Below are positions 48,722-61,584 of a stretch of DNA of 64,000 nt, in pieces. Origin of the DNA: Squalus acanthias. Its lineage: Eukaryota. The translations under genes and the position numbers were made by a program. Each line of letters opens with the position of its first letter. Position 1 is the first letter of the stretch. The stretch covers positions 113,586,001 to 113,650,000 of the forward strand of contig CM059431.1 of assembly GCA_030390025.1 (NCBI GenBank), in the 5' to 3' direction. The notes under the pieces were generated by a model. The model was not told the DNA's origin. It made no database searches and was given only the letters and a program-made list of their open reading frames with translations.

Positions 48722-49556
48722 CCAGGTTGACACCACCCCACACCAGCACCATAAAGCATCCCTACAATGTCTGAGCCATTCCTTTCACACTCATCACAAT
48801 TGGGGGTTGTGGGAAAGTTATGTCTCAACCTTCATTGGAACTCACTAAGACACTTCCAAAGGTGAGCACAGATCTGTCCAATAAGGTAAAGTGTTGAAAA
48901 TATAGATTTCACTGTTTGACAACACATTAACAGAAACTTCACATGAACCACCCAGGTGCCTACCCTTGTGTGTTGTTAGTTGGTATGCTTGCAGTAGGAT
49001 GAAGGTGAGTGTGAGAGGTGGCTAGTGAGATGGGGAAGTGATAACGTAGATAGAGAGGGATGGGTGGAGGTGCAAGGTAAATTGGTGTGATTAAAGATGT
49101 GCAGGAGGAGGGTAGGGAAGGCAGAGTGCTGAGGATGTGATGAGTGGCACAGCAGAATGAGGTTGAGTGTGGCTTGGCAGTAATGTTTCGTGAGCTGCTC
49201 AGATCATTGAAAGGTTTGCGCCACTGCAGTCTGGTCCTCCTGATGACATCCCTGCTTGTGCCCTCCTGTGCAATGTGCAACCAAGCTGCTTTGATCTCCT
49301 GGAGAGGTCTCTTCCGCCTATGGGAAGGTAAGAGAACCTCCCTGCGTGCTGTGACTCCCTCCATAAGCATATGGAGGGAGTCATGGGAGAGCCTGGGTGC
49401 AGCTGTGCACCTTTGTGCAGTGCTTGTCAGTGTTTGCAGCACCTCTATGCTGTAGAATACTGACAGCAGAACTGTCAAGATCAATTTGGACATGGCCCCT
49501 TTAAGGAAAACAGCTGATGACGCATCATCAAATGACATCATCAGACTCGCTTCCTA
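48722..49556 (-). mobile_element. Harbinger remnant containing a Myb/SANT exon
   Basis: APRLSHDSLHMLMEGV...AWLHIAQE...RTRLQWRKPFNDL. Confidence 0.75.
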
Positions 49557-49564
49557 TTTTTTTA

Positions 49565-50082
49565 AATTATTCGTTTATGGGATGTGGGCATCGCTGGCAA
49601 GGCCAACATTTATTGCCCATCCCTAATTGCCCTTGACAAGGTGGTGGTGAGCCGTCTTCTTGAATCGCTGCAGTCCGTGTGGTGAAGGTACTCCCACAGT
49701 GCTGTTAGGGAGGGGGTTCCAGGATTTTGACCCAGCGACGATGAAGGATCGGTGATATATTTCCAAGTCAGGATGGTGTGTGACTTGGAGGGGAACTTGG
49801 AGGTGGTGTTGTTCCCATGCACCTGCTGCCCTTGTCCTTCTAGGTGGTAGAGGTCGCGGGTTTGGGAGGTGCTGCCGAAGATGCCTTGGCGAGTTGCTGC
49901 AGTTCATCTTGTAGATGGTACACACTGCAGCCACGGTACGCCAGTGGTGGAGGGAGTGAAAGTTTAAGGTGGTGGATGGGGTGCCAATCAAGCGGGCTGC
50001 TTTGTCCTGGATGGTGTCGAGCTTCTTGAGTGTTGTTGGAGCTGCACTCATCCAGGCAAGTGGAGAGTATTCCATCAAACTC
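49565..50082 (-). mobile_element. 3' fragment of the 14690-17160 LINE family
   Basis: The translation nearly matches 16660-17105. Confidence 0.88.
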
Positions 50083-50235
50083 CTTAATTGGCCGGGAACC
50101 TCGTAGGGCGGGCATAACAAGCCCAATCAATGAAAAATCGCTTGGTGAATGCGGGCTGCAGTAGGCAGCGGGCTGGGACCGCGACACCGACCCCGGCCGC
50201 CCTGGACCCACCTCGGTCGGCAAAATCGCGGCCTC

Positions 50236-51170
50236 AGTAGCTGTTCTGCGTTTCTCCCTTAAAAACACTATGTTGAACTCAATCATGTTATGATTGCTAT
50301 TAGATAAATGTTTCCACACCGTTAGGCTGTTAACTAAATCTGGCTCATTACTCATTACTACATCTAATATGACATGCCCCCTTGTTGGCTTTAGGACATA
50401 TTGTTGCAGAAAACTATCCCAGACACACTCAAGAAATTCACTACCTTTCTGGCAGGTGCTAGTCTGCTTATCCCAATCTATATGAAGGTTAAAATCCCCC
50501 ATTAAAACCACTCTGCTTTTGCTACACGCTTGTCTAATCTCTGCATTTATACAGTCTAGCACTTCACAGCTGCTACCAGAGGGCCTATACACAACTCCCA
50601 CTACAGTCTTAAATTCTTTCCTATTTCTTAATTCTACCCACAAAGTCTCCACTGCCTGCTTACCTCTCGTTATTTCCTCTCTTATCATTGAAGTGATTTC
50701 ATCCTTAATCACTAAGGCTAATCCTCCCCCTCTACCATTTTCCCCATCTTTCCTGTAGACCTTATAACTTGGTATGTTTAGTTCCCAGTCCTGACCATCT
50801 TGCAGCCATGTCTCAGTAATGGCTACCATGTCATACCCTCTAAGTTGAATTTGCACCTGTAGTTCATTCAATTTGTTCCTTATACTCCGTGCGTTTGTAT
50901 AAAGAAGGTTTATTTGGGCCACACACCCTAACCTGTCCTTCGGATCTAATGTTTTACTCACATGTTTCTTATTTCTCTCTCCTGGTTTAATCACTTTACA
51001 TCTTTGAGTTTTCCCTTTACCTGTAGTGTCTAAAGCACAATTTCTGATTGGTGCTCTACTTTCTTCCCTTTTGTTTGTTTTAAAACTATTATTTATACAA
51101 CATTTTCAACCTGAGCCCTCCCCCATTTACTAGTTTAAAGTCCTTGTGACTGCCCTATTTATCCTTTCCG
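50236..51170 (-). mobile_element. CR1 fragment (APE domain)
   Basis: YTNARSIRNK, ITETWL and GDFNLH motifs. Confidence 0.88.
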
Positions 51171-51734
51171 CTAGGATAAATATCCAAGACATCCAAAAAT
51201 TGTAGTTTCCTTCCTTTTGAATGGAATATAAAATTTCTATACAATATTCAATACTTTGAGACATCCCAAGGCTGTGAAAGATGTTACTTAAAGCAAGTCT
51301 TTCTTTCTTTCTTTCTTTCTTGCTGTCTTACCTTCTTTCTTTCTTTCTTTCCTTCCTCTGTTGCTGTACGGTCCTGTGTGCAAATTTCTCCTTCCACCTT
51401 GTCTCAGTTCAGTCGCTCCTCATCTTTCTAAAATTTGCCCGAACCCAATCTGGTATTCTAGTCTTTGGAATGGCTTTTCCCCTTTCGAGTTGGTTTTAAA
51501 CCTTACCATACTGTGGTCAATGCTCCCAAGGTGCTTGCCCACATTTAGCTCAGTTATCTGATCTATTTCATTACTCACAAGCAGATCTACCAACACCTCC
51601 CACCCTTGTAGGCCTACTAATATATTGCTTGAGAAAGGAGTCCTGTTTTAGGAATTCCATTCCCTTTGTTGTGTTGGACAGTCTTAGAATAAATATGTAG
51701 AAAATCTCACATTGGTCATAGCTGTCTCGCGTAC

Positions 51735-53022
51735 AGTTTTGGTTTCCATATTTAAGAAAAGATATACTTGCTCTCGAGGCAGTTCAGAGAAGGTTCACTC
51801 GGTTGATTCCGGGGATGAGGGGGTTGACTTATGAGGAAAGGTTGAGTAGGTTGGGCCTCTACTCATTGGAATTCAGAAGAATGAGAGGCGATCTTATCGA
51901 AACATATTGGCCCGAAAATTAGACCTAATACGCGAAGTACGCATTGTGTACTCTCGCGTTTTAGGTCTCCAATTGCCGGTTTCCAGCATGCACTGCGCAT
52001 GCGCGGGAAACCGGCACTTCTTGAACTCAAAAGGGGGTGGTTCCTAAGTGAACCGCGTGCGCGCTACAGGCTGCGCGCACGCAGTGCACTTAGTGCTTTG
52101 AACGTGCAGGTAAGCATGGAAGATTTTGCACATAAAGAAAGGAGGCGTAAGACCCTCTTTTAACAAGGTAAGTAGTTAATTAAGTATTATTTTAATTTTT
52201 TTTCAACAGGTTTATCTTTTTTAGAGACTTTAAAGAAAGGTAAGTTTATTTTTATAACTTTTAAAAAGATTTTAAATTTTTTCAAAAATTTAATTTTTTG
52301 TTTAAAGTGGTTAATTTATTTAACTATACTTATTTTATTAATGTGATGGCTTTTTTTAAAATTTAATTGAGGTTTAGCTGTTCTTTTGGGGGGGTATAGA
52401 TTCATAGCTTTGACAGCCCTTGCTGTCAAAACTATGAATGAAAGATGGTGTGCTGCCATTGGCTCTAACTGAATCACGTGATCCCAGAGCTCGCACGAAC
52501 TAACTCCGTCTCTGGGATACGCACACACTGCACAGCTGCAGCCTTGAAACTAAAGTTCGTGTGAGCTCGGAGGGAAAAGGTAGGCGCGCAGTGAGATATC
52601 GCGGGGAAGCCTTACCCCCGCAGGAACGCTCCGTCTTTAATTTCTGGGCCATAAGATTGTGAGGGGGCTTGATCGGGTGGAGGCGGGGAGGATGTTTCCA
52701 CTGATGGGTGAGACTAGAACTAGGGGGCATAATCTTAGAGTAAGGGGCTGCCGTTTCAAAACTGAGATGAGGAGAAACTTCTTCACTCAGAGGGTAGTAA
52801 ATCTATGGAATTTGCTACCTCAGAGAGCTGTGGAAGCTGCGACATTAAATGAATTTAAAACGGAAATAGACAGTTTCCTAGCTGATAAGGGAATTAAGGA
52901 TTATGGGGAGCGGGCAGGGAAGTGGACGTGAGTCTAGGATCGGATCAGCCATGATCCTATTGAATGGCGGAGCAGGCCCGAGGGGCCATATGGCCTACTC
53001 CTGCTCCTACTTCTTATGTTAT
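51735..53022 (+). mobile_element. CR1 3' fragment interrupted by a family 2 MITE
   Basis: RRMRGDLIET|YKI...RGLDRVEAGRMFP is continuous across the MITE. Confidence 0.88.
51909..52650. mobile_element. Harbinger-type MITE (family 2, copy 2)
   Basis: TIRs GGCCCGAAAATT / AATTTCTGGGCC with flanks ATT / ATA. Colinear with 5681-6421. Confidence 0.85.
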
Positions 53023-55263
53023 GAAGTCTCTGCTCTATATCACTGTGCCATTTATGTGGTGATGAAGATGTTATTATTAATAAGCAAAATTTTCTTGAAA
53101 TGATTTAAGTTTATAACACTTGCCATACTTTAAAACAATACTATCCCAGGTCTTTTAATCTGCTCTGATTCTTGCCAGTGAGCACAGAGATTCAACTAAG
53201 ATTCACAAAACTTTGTGTGGAAATTAAAAATTAAACAAGGAGCTAGCTGGGAAGTAAATATTTAGAGCCCAGTTTTAAACAGGATGTCAACAGTAAGGTG
53301 TAGTCTGTTGGCATCATCATGAAGAGTTCTTCTGATTGAGAGACAGAAAGAAAACAACACGGTAAACTGCTGCAGATGTTTAAAGTTTTTGCCACCACCA
53401 TCAGGGCTGATGGAAAATACATTCTTTTTGGAGAACCCAAAGAATAGTTTTGCTGTTGGTTTTTTTGTGTGCAGCCAATGGGCAACCCTTCCCGTTCTGA
53501 CGCAATCAAGTCATCTTTCAGTTTTGGGGCTTTTGATTGACCTTTCGGGCTATTTTTGATCAACCAAAACTCAACAATTTACAAGTTCAGCTGCTAAAAT
53601 GGACCTTGGAAAGCAGACGGAAGAAGCCATGTGATAAGAAATAACTATATTAATGTAATACAAAAATAAAGTCTTAAAAATGATTTCAAATTTATAGATA
53701 ATTCCCTTTACTGCCCCATTCTCTCTCCTTTTTATTATTTTCATTTTTTTTTTCTATCCTAATAATTTTTTTAACTGACTCTTCTGTGTCGGGAACCCCT
53801 CATTTCTGGCTGCACCAGCTGATCCTGGCGGCTGCTGTGCCTTATTAATCTCAGGTTTAAGTTATCCATTAGGATAATAAAACCAGGAAGCTCGGAGCTG
53901 CTGTGCCACAGGCCCTCATTTTGACAGAAGCAAAATAGGTCAGTCAACACTTGAGCGGATCGTGAGAAGGTTCAAAAAGTATAAGGGAACCCAGGGAGGA
54001 GTTTTAATGGCATTAAACAGGCAGAAACTGCTTTCACCTGATCTTCTGTTCTCAAAAATTTCCTGTGTCATGTATACACCACCAATGCCTTGAATACGGC
54101 AAGGAAATTCACCCCCATAAAGTCTTTTCATTCAGACAAGAATGGCCTGTCATGCACTGCAGTATATCTTTCTAAAGAGACTAAAAGCTTTTTAGCATTA
54201 TTTTTGCTAAAACTAACACATGCAAAGAAAGAAATGCAAGCAAAAACACAAATAAAGGAAAATAAGATTAATAAAATAGAATAAAATTAAAGGTTACATT
54301 GTACAACATACACTAGGATCGCAACATTGCAAGAACAAACCCAAGTAATTTTATTGGGTCCAGAACAGCAAGACATCAGGAGTCATTTTCAACTTTGCCC
54401 CTTGGGTGGTAACCTGGTGAAGCAGATTGTCTACCTGTTTTAGAACCCACCCAACTTTCATTCCATTGAAATCAATGGAACAAATATTAGGCGGGTTCTA
54501 CACTGGGTTGGGACCTCCACAGGCAATGGGTTGGGCACAACAGAGATACCTGTAATGAACTTGACCTCCTGCACATTATAGCCCAATATGACTAGACTGA
54601 GCGAAGAGTTTAGAAGATACGTGTGTGAGCGCGGAGTCCTCTGCAGCCTCTCCAACACTGACCTGTAATCTCCCCTTGGTCTAAGTATATTGTGTGTAAT
54701 AGGAAACCGCTGCTAGCACCATCTGTTCACAACGATCAATGAGGCAACTGCTTGGTGTGTGATGATAGAGTGTCTAACAATATGCCAGATTAAACTCTAA
54801 AAGATTGGTACTAGCCTGGAAATTTTGTGTGTTCAATCACTGAAAGTTGTGGTTTTGATTGTTTGAAGCCCCCTACAATAGTGACTGGCAAAGTCATTGA
54901 AATTACATGCTAAATTCAGCAAATACTTTACAGTATGGTATTTTATCCATCTCAAATTCTGGGATCACCGGCAAATTTAATATCATTCAAAGTGAAGTAT
55001 TTTGGATAAAATTGTAGCTTACAATTCCATTTACAATTTCTTTCCTTGGTTTTCCAGGTAGTTGATTAAGATTATCTGACATTGTGATCCCATGGAACTA
55101 GTGGTGGTTTTCTTTCACATGATTGACTTAAAAATCCCAGGTGACCCAAAAGGTTTTGCCAATTATGGTTTGGAGCCAAACATATAATAGACTCGTGCTG
55201 CATGTAGCATTTGCTAAAAGTAGGCAAGTTCCCACAACACTTGCAAATCTATTAAAATTCTTA

Positions 55264-55986
55264 GGGGGCTAAATTCGGTTGCTTTGCACCTCCCGTTAGC
55301 GCCCTAAGAGGGCATTAACGGGTGCAAATCAACTAGAGCCTGGGCACGGCGCCACCAACGTCTCCCGTGAAATTCAGCAGGAGGTTAGCGGCAGCGCTAA
55401 CCGTTAGCGCCGCGCGGCACTGCACCGCCGGTGATGACATCATCGCCGTGCGCAGCGCCCCGGCTGTAATATTGGGTGGCGCCCCCCGACTTACCGCAGG
55501 ACGCTATGTCCGACGGGGTCAGAGGGGCCTACCTGCGGTGGCGCTAGTTAAAGGGGACGTGGCGGGCGGCCATTTTTGTTGCTGGCTGCCTGCCAGCACC
55601 TGCCCCCGTTGCTGTCCCCGGCCCCCGTGAAACCCCCCTGCGGGGTATCAGCTGCTCTCCGTGAGCCCGGCACTCCTCTTGAGTGCCGGGCTCATTTGCC
55701 GGCACTTCCGATCCCTGGTGGCCCAGCTGGGCGCCGGGACGCGCTGCGCCAGGCCCCTCCCCTTTAAGAAGGGGAGGAAGGCCTGCAGTATCGCGGCACA
55801 TAGCGCCGCAGTTTTGGCTCGCATCGCCCAAAAGGGACACGGGGCACTTCCAGTAGCGCCCCCTCCTCCCTCTCGGGGCGCTACCTGGGAAAATCAGCCA
55901 CGGGGGCGCTAACTTTTTCAAGGTGCTAAAATTAGCGCCCTGTCGAAGGTAGTGTCCCAAAGGGGGCGCTACCCAATTTTTACCCC
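55264..55986. mobile_element. Harbinger-type MITE related to family 1 (shared ends, different GC-rich interior)
   Basis: TSD TTA. The left end cctcccgttagcgccctaagagggc matches 7178-7203. Confidence 0.8.
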
Positions 55987-57149
55987 TTAGACTCAGCAGA
56001 AAAAATCTGGTTCCCACAGACTTGTGCAGGAAAACAGCAAACCGCACTAATTTACAGGTTTTGTGATGTTGTGCCCACTACTTGCTTGATGGAATTCCGA
56101 GTAAGCTTTAAATTGAAGAAAATAGACTTCTTTCAATTAAAAAGGTGATTGAGATTAGTTGAAGAATTATATATTGCCTCTCAGAATATCTCTGATTTTC
56201 CTAAAAAAAAAGATACAATCAGGCCAAGCAGAGGAGATAACGGGATAAAGTCATCTTGAAGAAGGCCCTTTAGCCCATTTGATCTCATCCATCCTACCGT
56301 ATTTTCATTACAGCACTTTATTGTTCCTTAGTAATGTAGTAACAGTTTTAGGCAGGAGAAGACCTTTGATCTATCTAGTACAACCAGCAGCAGTATTCCC
56401 TTGATGCATTTCTAATAACCCTAAATCCTACTTGTTGACAAGAACCTGTCCTTCCTGAAACTCATTAAAGTTTCTTGTTCAACTACCCGTATCAGTAATC
56501 TGTTTCACATACTTACCATCCTTTCAGTAAAAAAAACTTCCTCCTGCATTTCTTTTCTAACTCAGTTCAGTGTCCGTGGCTAAAACATGTTTTCTAGCAA
56601 CCTGTTCTAGCTATTGGTCAGCCTCTGTATAAAGAAATACTTTCTAGTATTTGCTTAAATTTACCCTTGTGAAGTTTGAGCCTGTGCCGTATTATCCTGC
56701 AGCCTTGTTATATCTGTATTACTCCAGATTTACTTCCGCTATCCTGCTATGTATAGTATATATCTCTATAAGGTCCACTCTGGGGCATCTCTTTTCAAAG
56801 CTGAAGAGCCCGAGCAGACATCTCCCTAACACCAGAGATGAGCCTCATTGTTGACCTCTACCCTATCTCTGATGCCTCTCTTGTGTCAATATGGCCAGCA
56901 CTGTATGAAATATTTTAGATGTAGCCTGATCAGGTCACTATACATCTTCAGTATGACTTCTGGGAATTTAAACATAGCTGATTTGGTACTATTAATCAAT
57001 ACCTTATTTGAACATAAGAACATAAGAAACAGGTTTGCTTTAGTTATTGTCCCCACTGTTTTGGAATTGTAAAAGTAAAAGTTCAGAAATGAAAAAAGAG
57101 AAAGCATCAAAGAGATTGTAAGAAAGAAATGAGGCAACTCAGAGTGAAA

Positions 57150-57612
57150 AAGAAAGAAAAGAAAGAACTATCATTTATATCGCATCTTTCACATTCTCAG
57201 GACATCCCAAAGTGCTTCACAGTCAATGAATGACTTTTGAAGTATAGTCACTGTTATTCTGAAGGCAAACGTGACAGCCAATTTGCATACAGCAAAGTCC
57301 CAGAAACTGCAATGAGATATATGACCAGTTCATCTGTGAATGAATATTGGCCTGGAGATTGGTAGAGTTCCCCTTCTCTTCAAATAGCGCCACAGAATCT
57401 TTTACATCCTCCTGAACTGGTCAAACGAGGCCTCTGTTTAACATCTCATCTGTACGGCTGCACCTCTGACAAAAAAGAACTCCATCAGTACTGCACGGGA
57501 GTGTCTAGATATTTTACTCGAGTCCTTTTCACTCAAGTCCTGGAGTGGGAGTTTGAACCCATGACCTTCTGATTTAGAGGAAAGAGTGCTACCACTATGC
57601 CAAGCTGACACT
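57150..57612 (-). mobile_element. tRNA-derived Deu-SINE-like copy (diverged)
   Basis: Reverse-complement homology to 36143-36589. Confidence 0.75.
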
Positions 57613-58439
57613 TACAAAATTAAAGTACGAGAAGCCAGCAGAAAATCAAGGAGCAAGAACTGGCAGGATAAAGAATGCATTTAGGATTGTGCTAGAAATA
57701 TCGAAGAGGAAATCTTCAGAGGAATGATTACATTGTTACATATAGCAACCGGAGCAATTGACCAGTCGGACCCCACTACATCATTGTGCTCATGAATCTA
57801 AATTCATCCGATTGGTTATACCTGCTTATTAATACTTTACTGGAATAGTAGTCAGGAGAATGTTTTTATTTCCCAACGACCTTATCTGGACTGTACCCAA
57901 AAGAAGCACAGGCATAATCCTGTTACAGATCAGTTTCCCTAGGAGTCTTCTAACGACTTTACAGATAGATCTCACAACTATCAACAACAGAGCTACAAAC
58001 TTCCTCTAAATAATTTCCTTTCCAAAGAAAAACATTACTGCTTTTAGTGGCAAACTGCTGCCTTCCTGTTTACCTAAATCTATTTTAAACCTTCATTACG
58101 CACAAGAAGGTCAGCAACAGCAATACATCATTGGATGATCCTTATATTATCATTTCCCCACGAAAATTCATTTGGAAAACTCAAAAGTTTACTCTGCTCA
58201 TTTAAATTCTTAACAGATAATGTACAGTTTCATGAGATCATGGGAAAGTTGCACTATTTCCTCTTAGTCAATTGGTAGTGTTAAAAGAAATGACCAAAAT
58301 TCTAACCCCTATCAGGATATCATTAGGATGTATTAATTGTCGAAATTATGAGATCTGGCGACAATGCATATTTTGCCCATTAACCATTACTGGTTAGAAA
58401 ATCTAGTCCGATGCATGCTTTTACTTTTTATTATTGATT

Positions 58440-58568
58440 CACAGGATGTGGGCATCGCTGGCAAGGCCAGCATTTCTTGCCCATCCCTAATTGCCCTTGA
58501 GAAGGTGGTGGTGAGCCGCCTTAGTGAACCACTACAGTCCGTGGGGTGAAGATACTCCCACAGTGCTT
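58440..58568 (-). mobile_element. 3' tail fragment of the 14690-17160 LINE family
   Basis: Matches 49580-49703. Confidence 0.8.
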
Positions 58569-58972
58569 CTAGCATCTGGATTCGAATATGGCCTTGCAAA
58601 ATGAATAAGTGTCCTCTCTTTGCAGGCTGACTAACAGAAGTACAATTTCTCCTCATGGATTAGTCCTAAACTGCAATGTCATTTAAAGAGATCCATAAGC
58701 ATGATTGAGGTAGGAAACTGAAAAAAACTGACACTGGTGCAACAACCAATTGACAGGGAAGGTGTGAGGTTCTTTTCTCTGTATCTGGCTGTGCTGTACC
58801 TGATCTGGGAGTACTTGATGCTGGCAAATGTTGAAACATTCTGTTCTCCCACTGACATTGCTATCTTGAAGAGCAAAACACAAATTACCAAATATATAGG
58901 TATATATTTTAATTGCTCCCAATTTAATTTAAACCCAGATAGAATCAGGTTTACACAAAAAAATCTTTACCA

Positions 58973-59385
58973 GAAAGGAGAAGGCTGAGGGGTGATCTAA
59001 TAGAGGTCTTTAAAATAATGAAGGGGTTCGATAGGGTAGATGTAGACAAGATGTTTCCACTTGTAGCAGAGTCCAAAACTATGGGACATAAATATAAGAT
59101 AGTCGCTAATAAATCCAATAAGGAATTCAGGAGAAACTTCTTCACCCAGAGAGTGGTTAGAATGTGGAACTTGCTACCACATGGAGTAGTTGAGGCGAAT
59201 AACATAGATACATTTAAGGGGAAGCTAGATAAGTACATGAGGGAGAAAGGAATAGAAGGATATGCTGATAGGGTTAGATGAAGTAGGGAGAGAGGAGGCT
59301 CGTGTGGAGCATAAACACCGGCATAGACCAGTTGGGCCAAATGGCCTGTTTCTGTGCTGTAAATTCTAAGCAATTCTATGTAAAT
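58973..59385 (+). mobile_element. CR1 3' fragment
   Basis: KGFDRVDVDKMFP...FTQRVVRMWNLLP and a ttctatg tail. Confidence 0.88.
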
Positions 59386-59543
59386 AAGTAATTATATTAG
59401 ATAATGGAATTACATGCCAAAATACGTAATATTCAAATGTTATTTGCACCATAGCCACACTAAGTGCAAGGAATGTCTGTTTATCTGTGGTATGTAGCGT
59501 TGCTGGGGACAGTGAAGAGGTCATTTACAGTTTACATGGACCT

Positions 59544-60084
59544 AAAGAAAAAAAAGAAAGACTTGCATTTCTATAGCGCCTTTCACGACCACTGGACTTC
59601 TCAAAGCGCTTTACTGCCAATGAAGTACTTTTGAAGTGGAGTCACTGTTGTAATGTGGGAAACACGGCAGCCAATTTGCGCACAGCAAGGTCCCACAAGC
59701 AGCAATGTGATAATGACCAGATAATCTGTTTTTGTTATGTTAACTTGTTGGCTTAAGTACTTTTCCTACTTGTATCTTTAAAAACAATATTAATGTTATG
59801 TTGGTTGAGGGATAAATATTGACCAAGACACCAGGGATAACTCCCCTGCTCCTCTTCGAAATAGTGCCATGGGATCTTTTACATCCACCTGAGAGAGCAG
59901 ACACAGGGCCTCAGTTTAACATCTCATCTGAAAGACGGCGCCTCTGACAGTGCAGCACTCCCTCAGCGCTGCACTGGAGTGTCAGCCTGGATTTATGTGC
60001 TCAAGTCCTTGGAGTGGGATTTGAACCCACAACCCTTTTCTGACTCAGTGGTGAGAGTGCTACCAACTGAGCCACAGCTGACAC
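59544..60084 (-). mobile_element. tRNA-derived Deu-SINE-like copy with an internal insertion
   Basis: Reverse-complement homology to 36143-36589, with A and B boxes at the right end. Confidence 0.8.
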
Positions 60085-60699
60085 TAAACCTAATGCAATT
60101 GATTGCTCTTTGGCTTAAGCACTTTTCCTACTTGTATCTTTAAAAACAATATTAATGTTTTCTGCCATCAGCATGGCCACTGGCAGGGCTATACTGTGGC
60201 TGGCCTCTGAGGCTCCCATTCAAGGCAGAATGCTTGGTAGAGGCCAGGGAGCTGAAATTATTTGTGGTGTCCAGGCTGGAAAATTGGCCGAGGTCAGAGA
60301 CACATCTTTATGGCAGGCAGAATCCTGCCAATCCAAAGATGTGCCTCAATTCCACTTTTGCTGAGCATTGCACTTGGTTCCAGACATTCAGGAGAAAACT
60401 GAACCCACACCAGAAATTCTATCCTTCATGGTCTTGGCTCCCACATAAAGAATGGCGAATTGGGCAAGACAACGAAGGATGGCCAGTGGGGAGAAAAAAA
60501 GCTTTCGGGGAGGAGAGGAGGAAGGGGGAGAATTTGCAACAGGGAGGAAAACATACTCTTGGATGATTTAGTGAAAACAATTTTGTGTTTTTTCAATGGC
60601 AAGATGGAAAACTGCAGCCAGGTTTTACTTTAAACTTGGTATTGGCCTGGAGGACGGAACAATTTTATCAGCTTCAAGTTTAGCATGGATTTGACATGA

Positions 60700-61035
60700 T
60701 GCGCCATGGGAAGGAGAAAGGCATGATCAAAAATTTGATCAAAGAGGTGGGTTTTAAGGAGGGTCTTATAAAAGAAGAGGGAAGTGTAGAGATGGAGTGG
60801 TTTAGGAGGAAGTTCCAGAATGTGGGCCGAGGCGGCTGAGGTTTTGTTTGCCAATGCTGGGGCAAGGGAGGGGCAGATGCACAAGAGGCTGGAGTCAGGA
60901 GAACAGGGAGTTTGGGGAAGGGCAAGTGCTGTGTTGGAGAAGGTTGCAGAGTTAGGAAGGGACAAAGCCATGTAGGAATTTAAACATGAGGATAAGAATT
61001 TTAAACTTAAGGCTTTGGGTGCCAATGTAGGTCAG
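60700..61035 (-). mobile_element. Probable L2-type LINE 3' fragment
   Basis: The minus frames give FWN-L and YKTLLKTHLFD, typical of L2 ORF2 C-termini. Confidence 0.55.
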
Positions 61036-61294
61036 TATTAATCAAATAAGAGACTTCAGCAAAATAATCTTCGTAAATGCAAGTTAATTATGATACATAT
61101 CTCAAAACGCACTCATGCCTGTTGTACACATGGATTAATATTTAAAAAATGCTGCTCAATGATATCTTCCAACATCTATTCTGCACGCTGTGACTATTTT
61201 TGTACATGATGCGGAGATGCCGGTGTTGGACTGGGGTGGACAAAAATGAGAAGTCGCACAACACCAGGTTATAGTCCAACAGTTTTATTTGAAA

Positions 61295-61332
61295 TCACAA
61301 GCTTTCGGAGCTTACACCCCTTCCTCAGGTGA
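61295..61332 (-). ncRNA. Minimal hammerhead ribozyme in the inverted pseudo-LTR
   Basis: Exact reverse complement of 63681-63718. Confidence 0.8.
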
Positions 61333-61584
61333 AGTAAAGAAATACAGAGTCGACAAAGTATATATAGATAGAGAACAATGCATGTGTAACTTACAATGGC
61401 AGACGACTACATTTAAATCATCCTGACTGTTTATCTGCCGAGGTGTGACAAAAGGCAATCAGGTCAGCCAGGAAGGTACCACATCAAAGACATAGCAAGA
61501 TACAACTGAGACAATGAGGTGGAGCCACAGGGGGTCCAATGTGTCAAAAGCCGCAGTCGGTATGGGAAACGATAAACTTTAAAA

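Noticed and set aside
49840..50994. Novel 384-aa fusion protein
   Set aside because: It is a chance read-through from a CR1 APE fragment across a GC-rich repeat piece into an off-frame LINE fragment.
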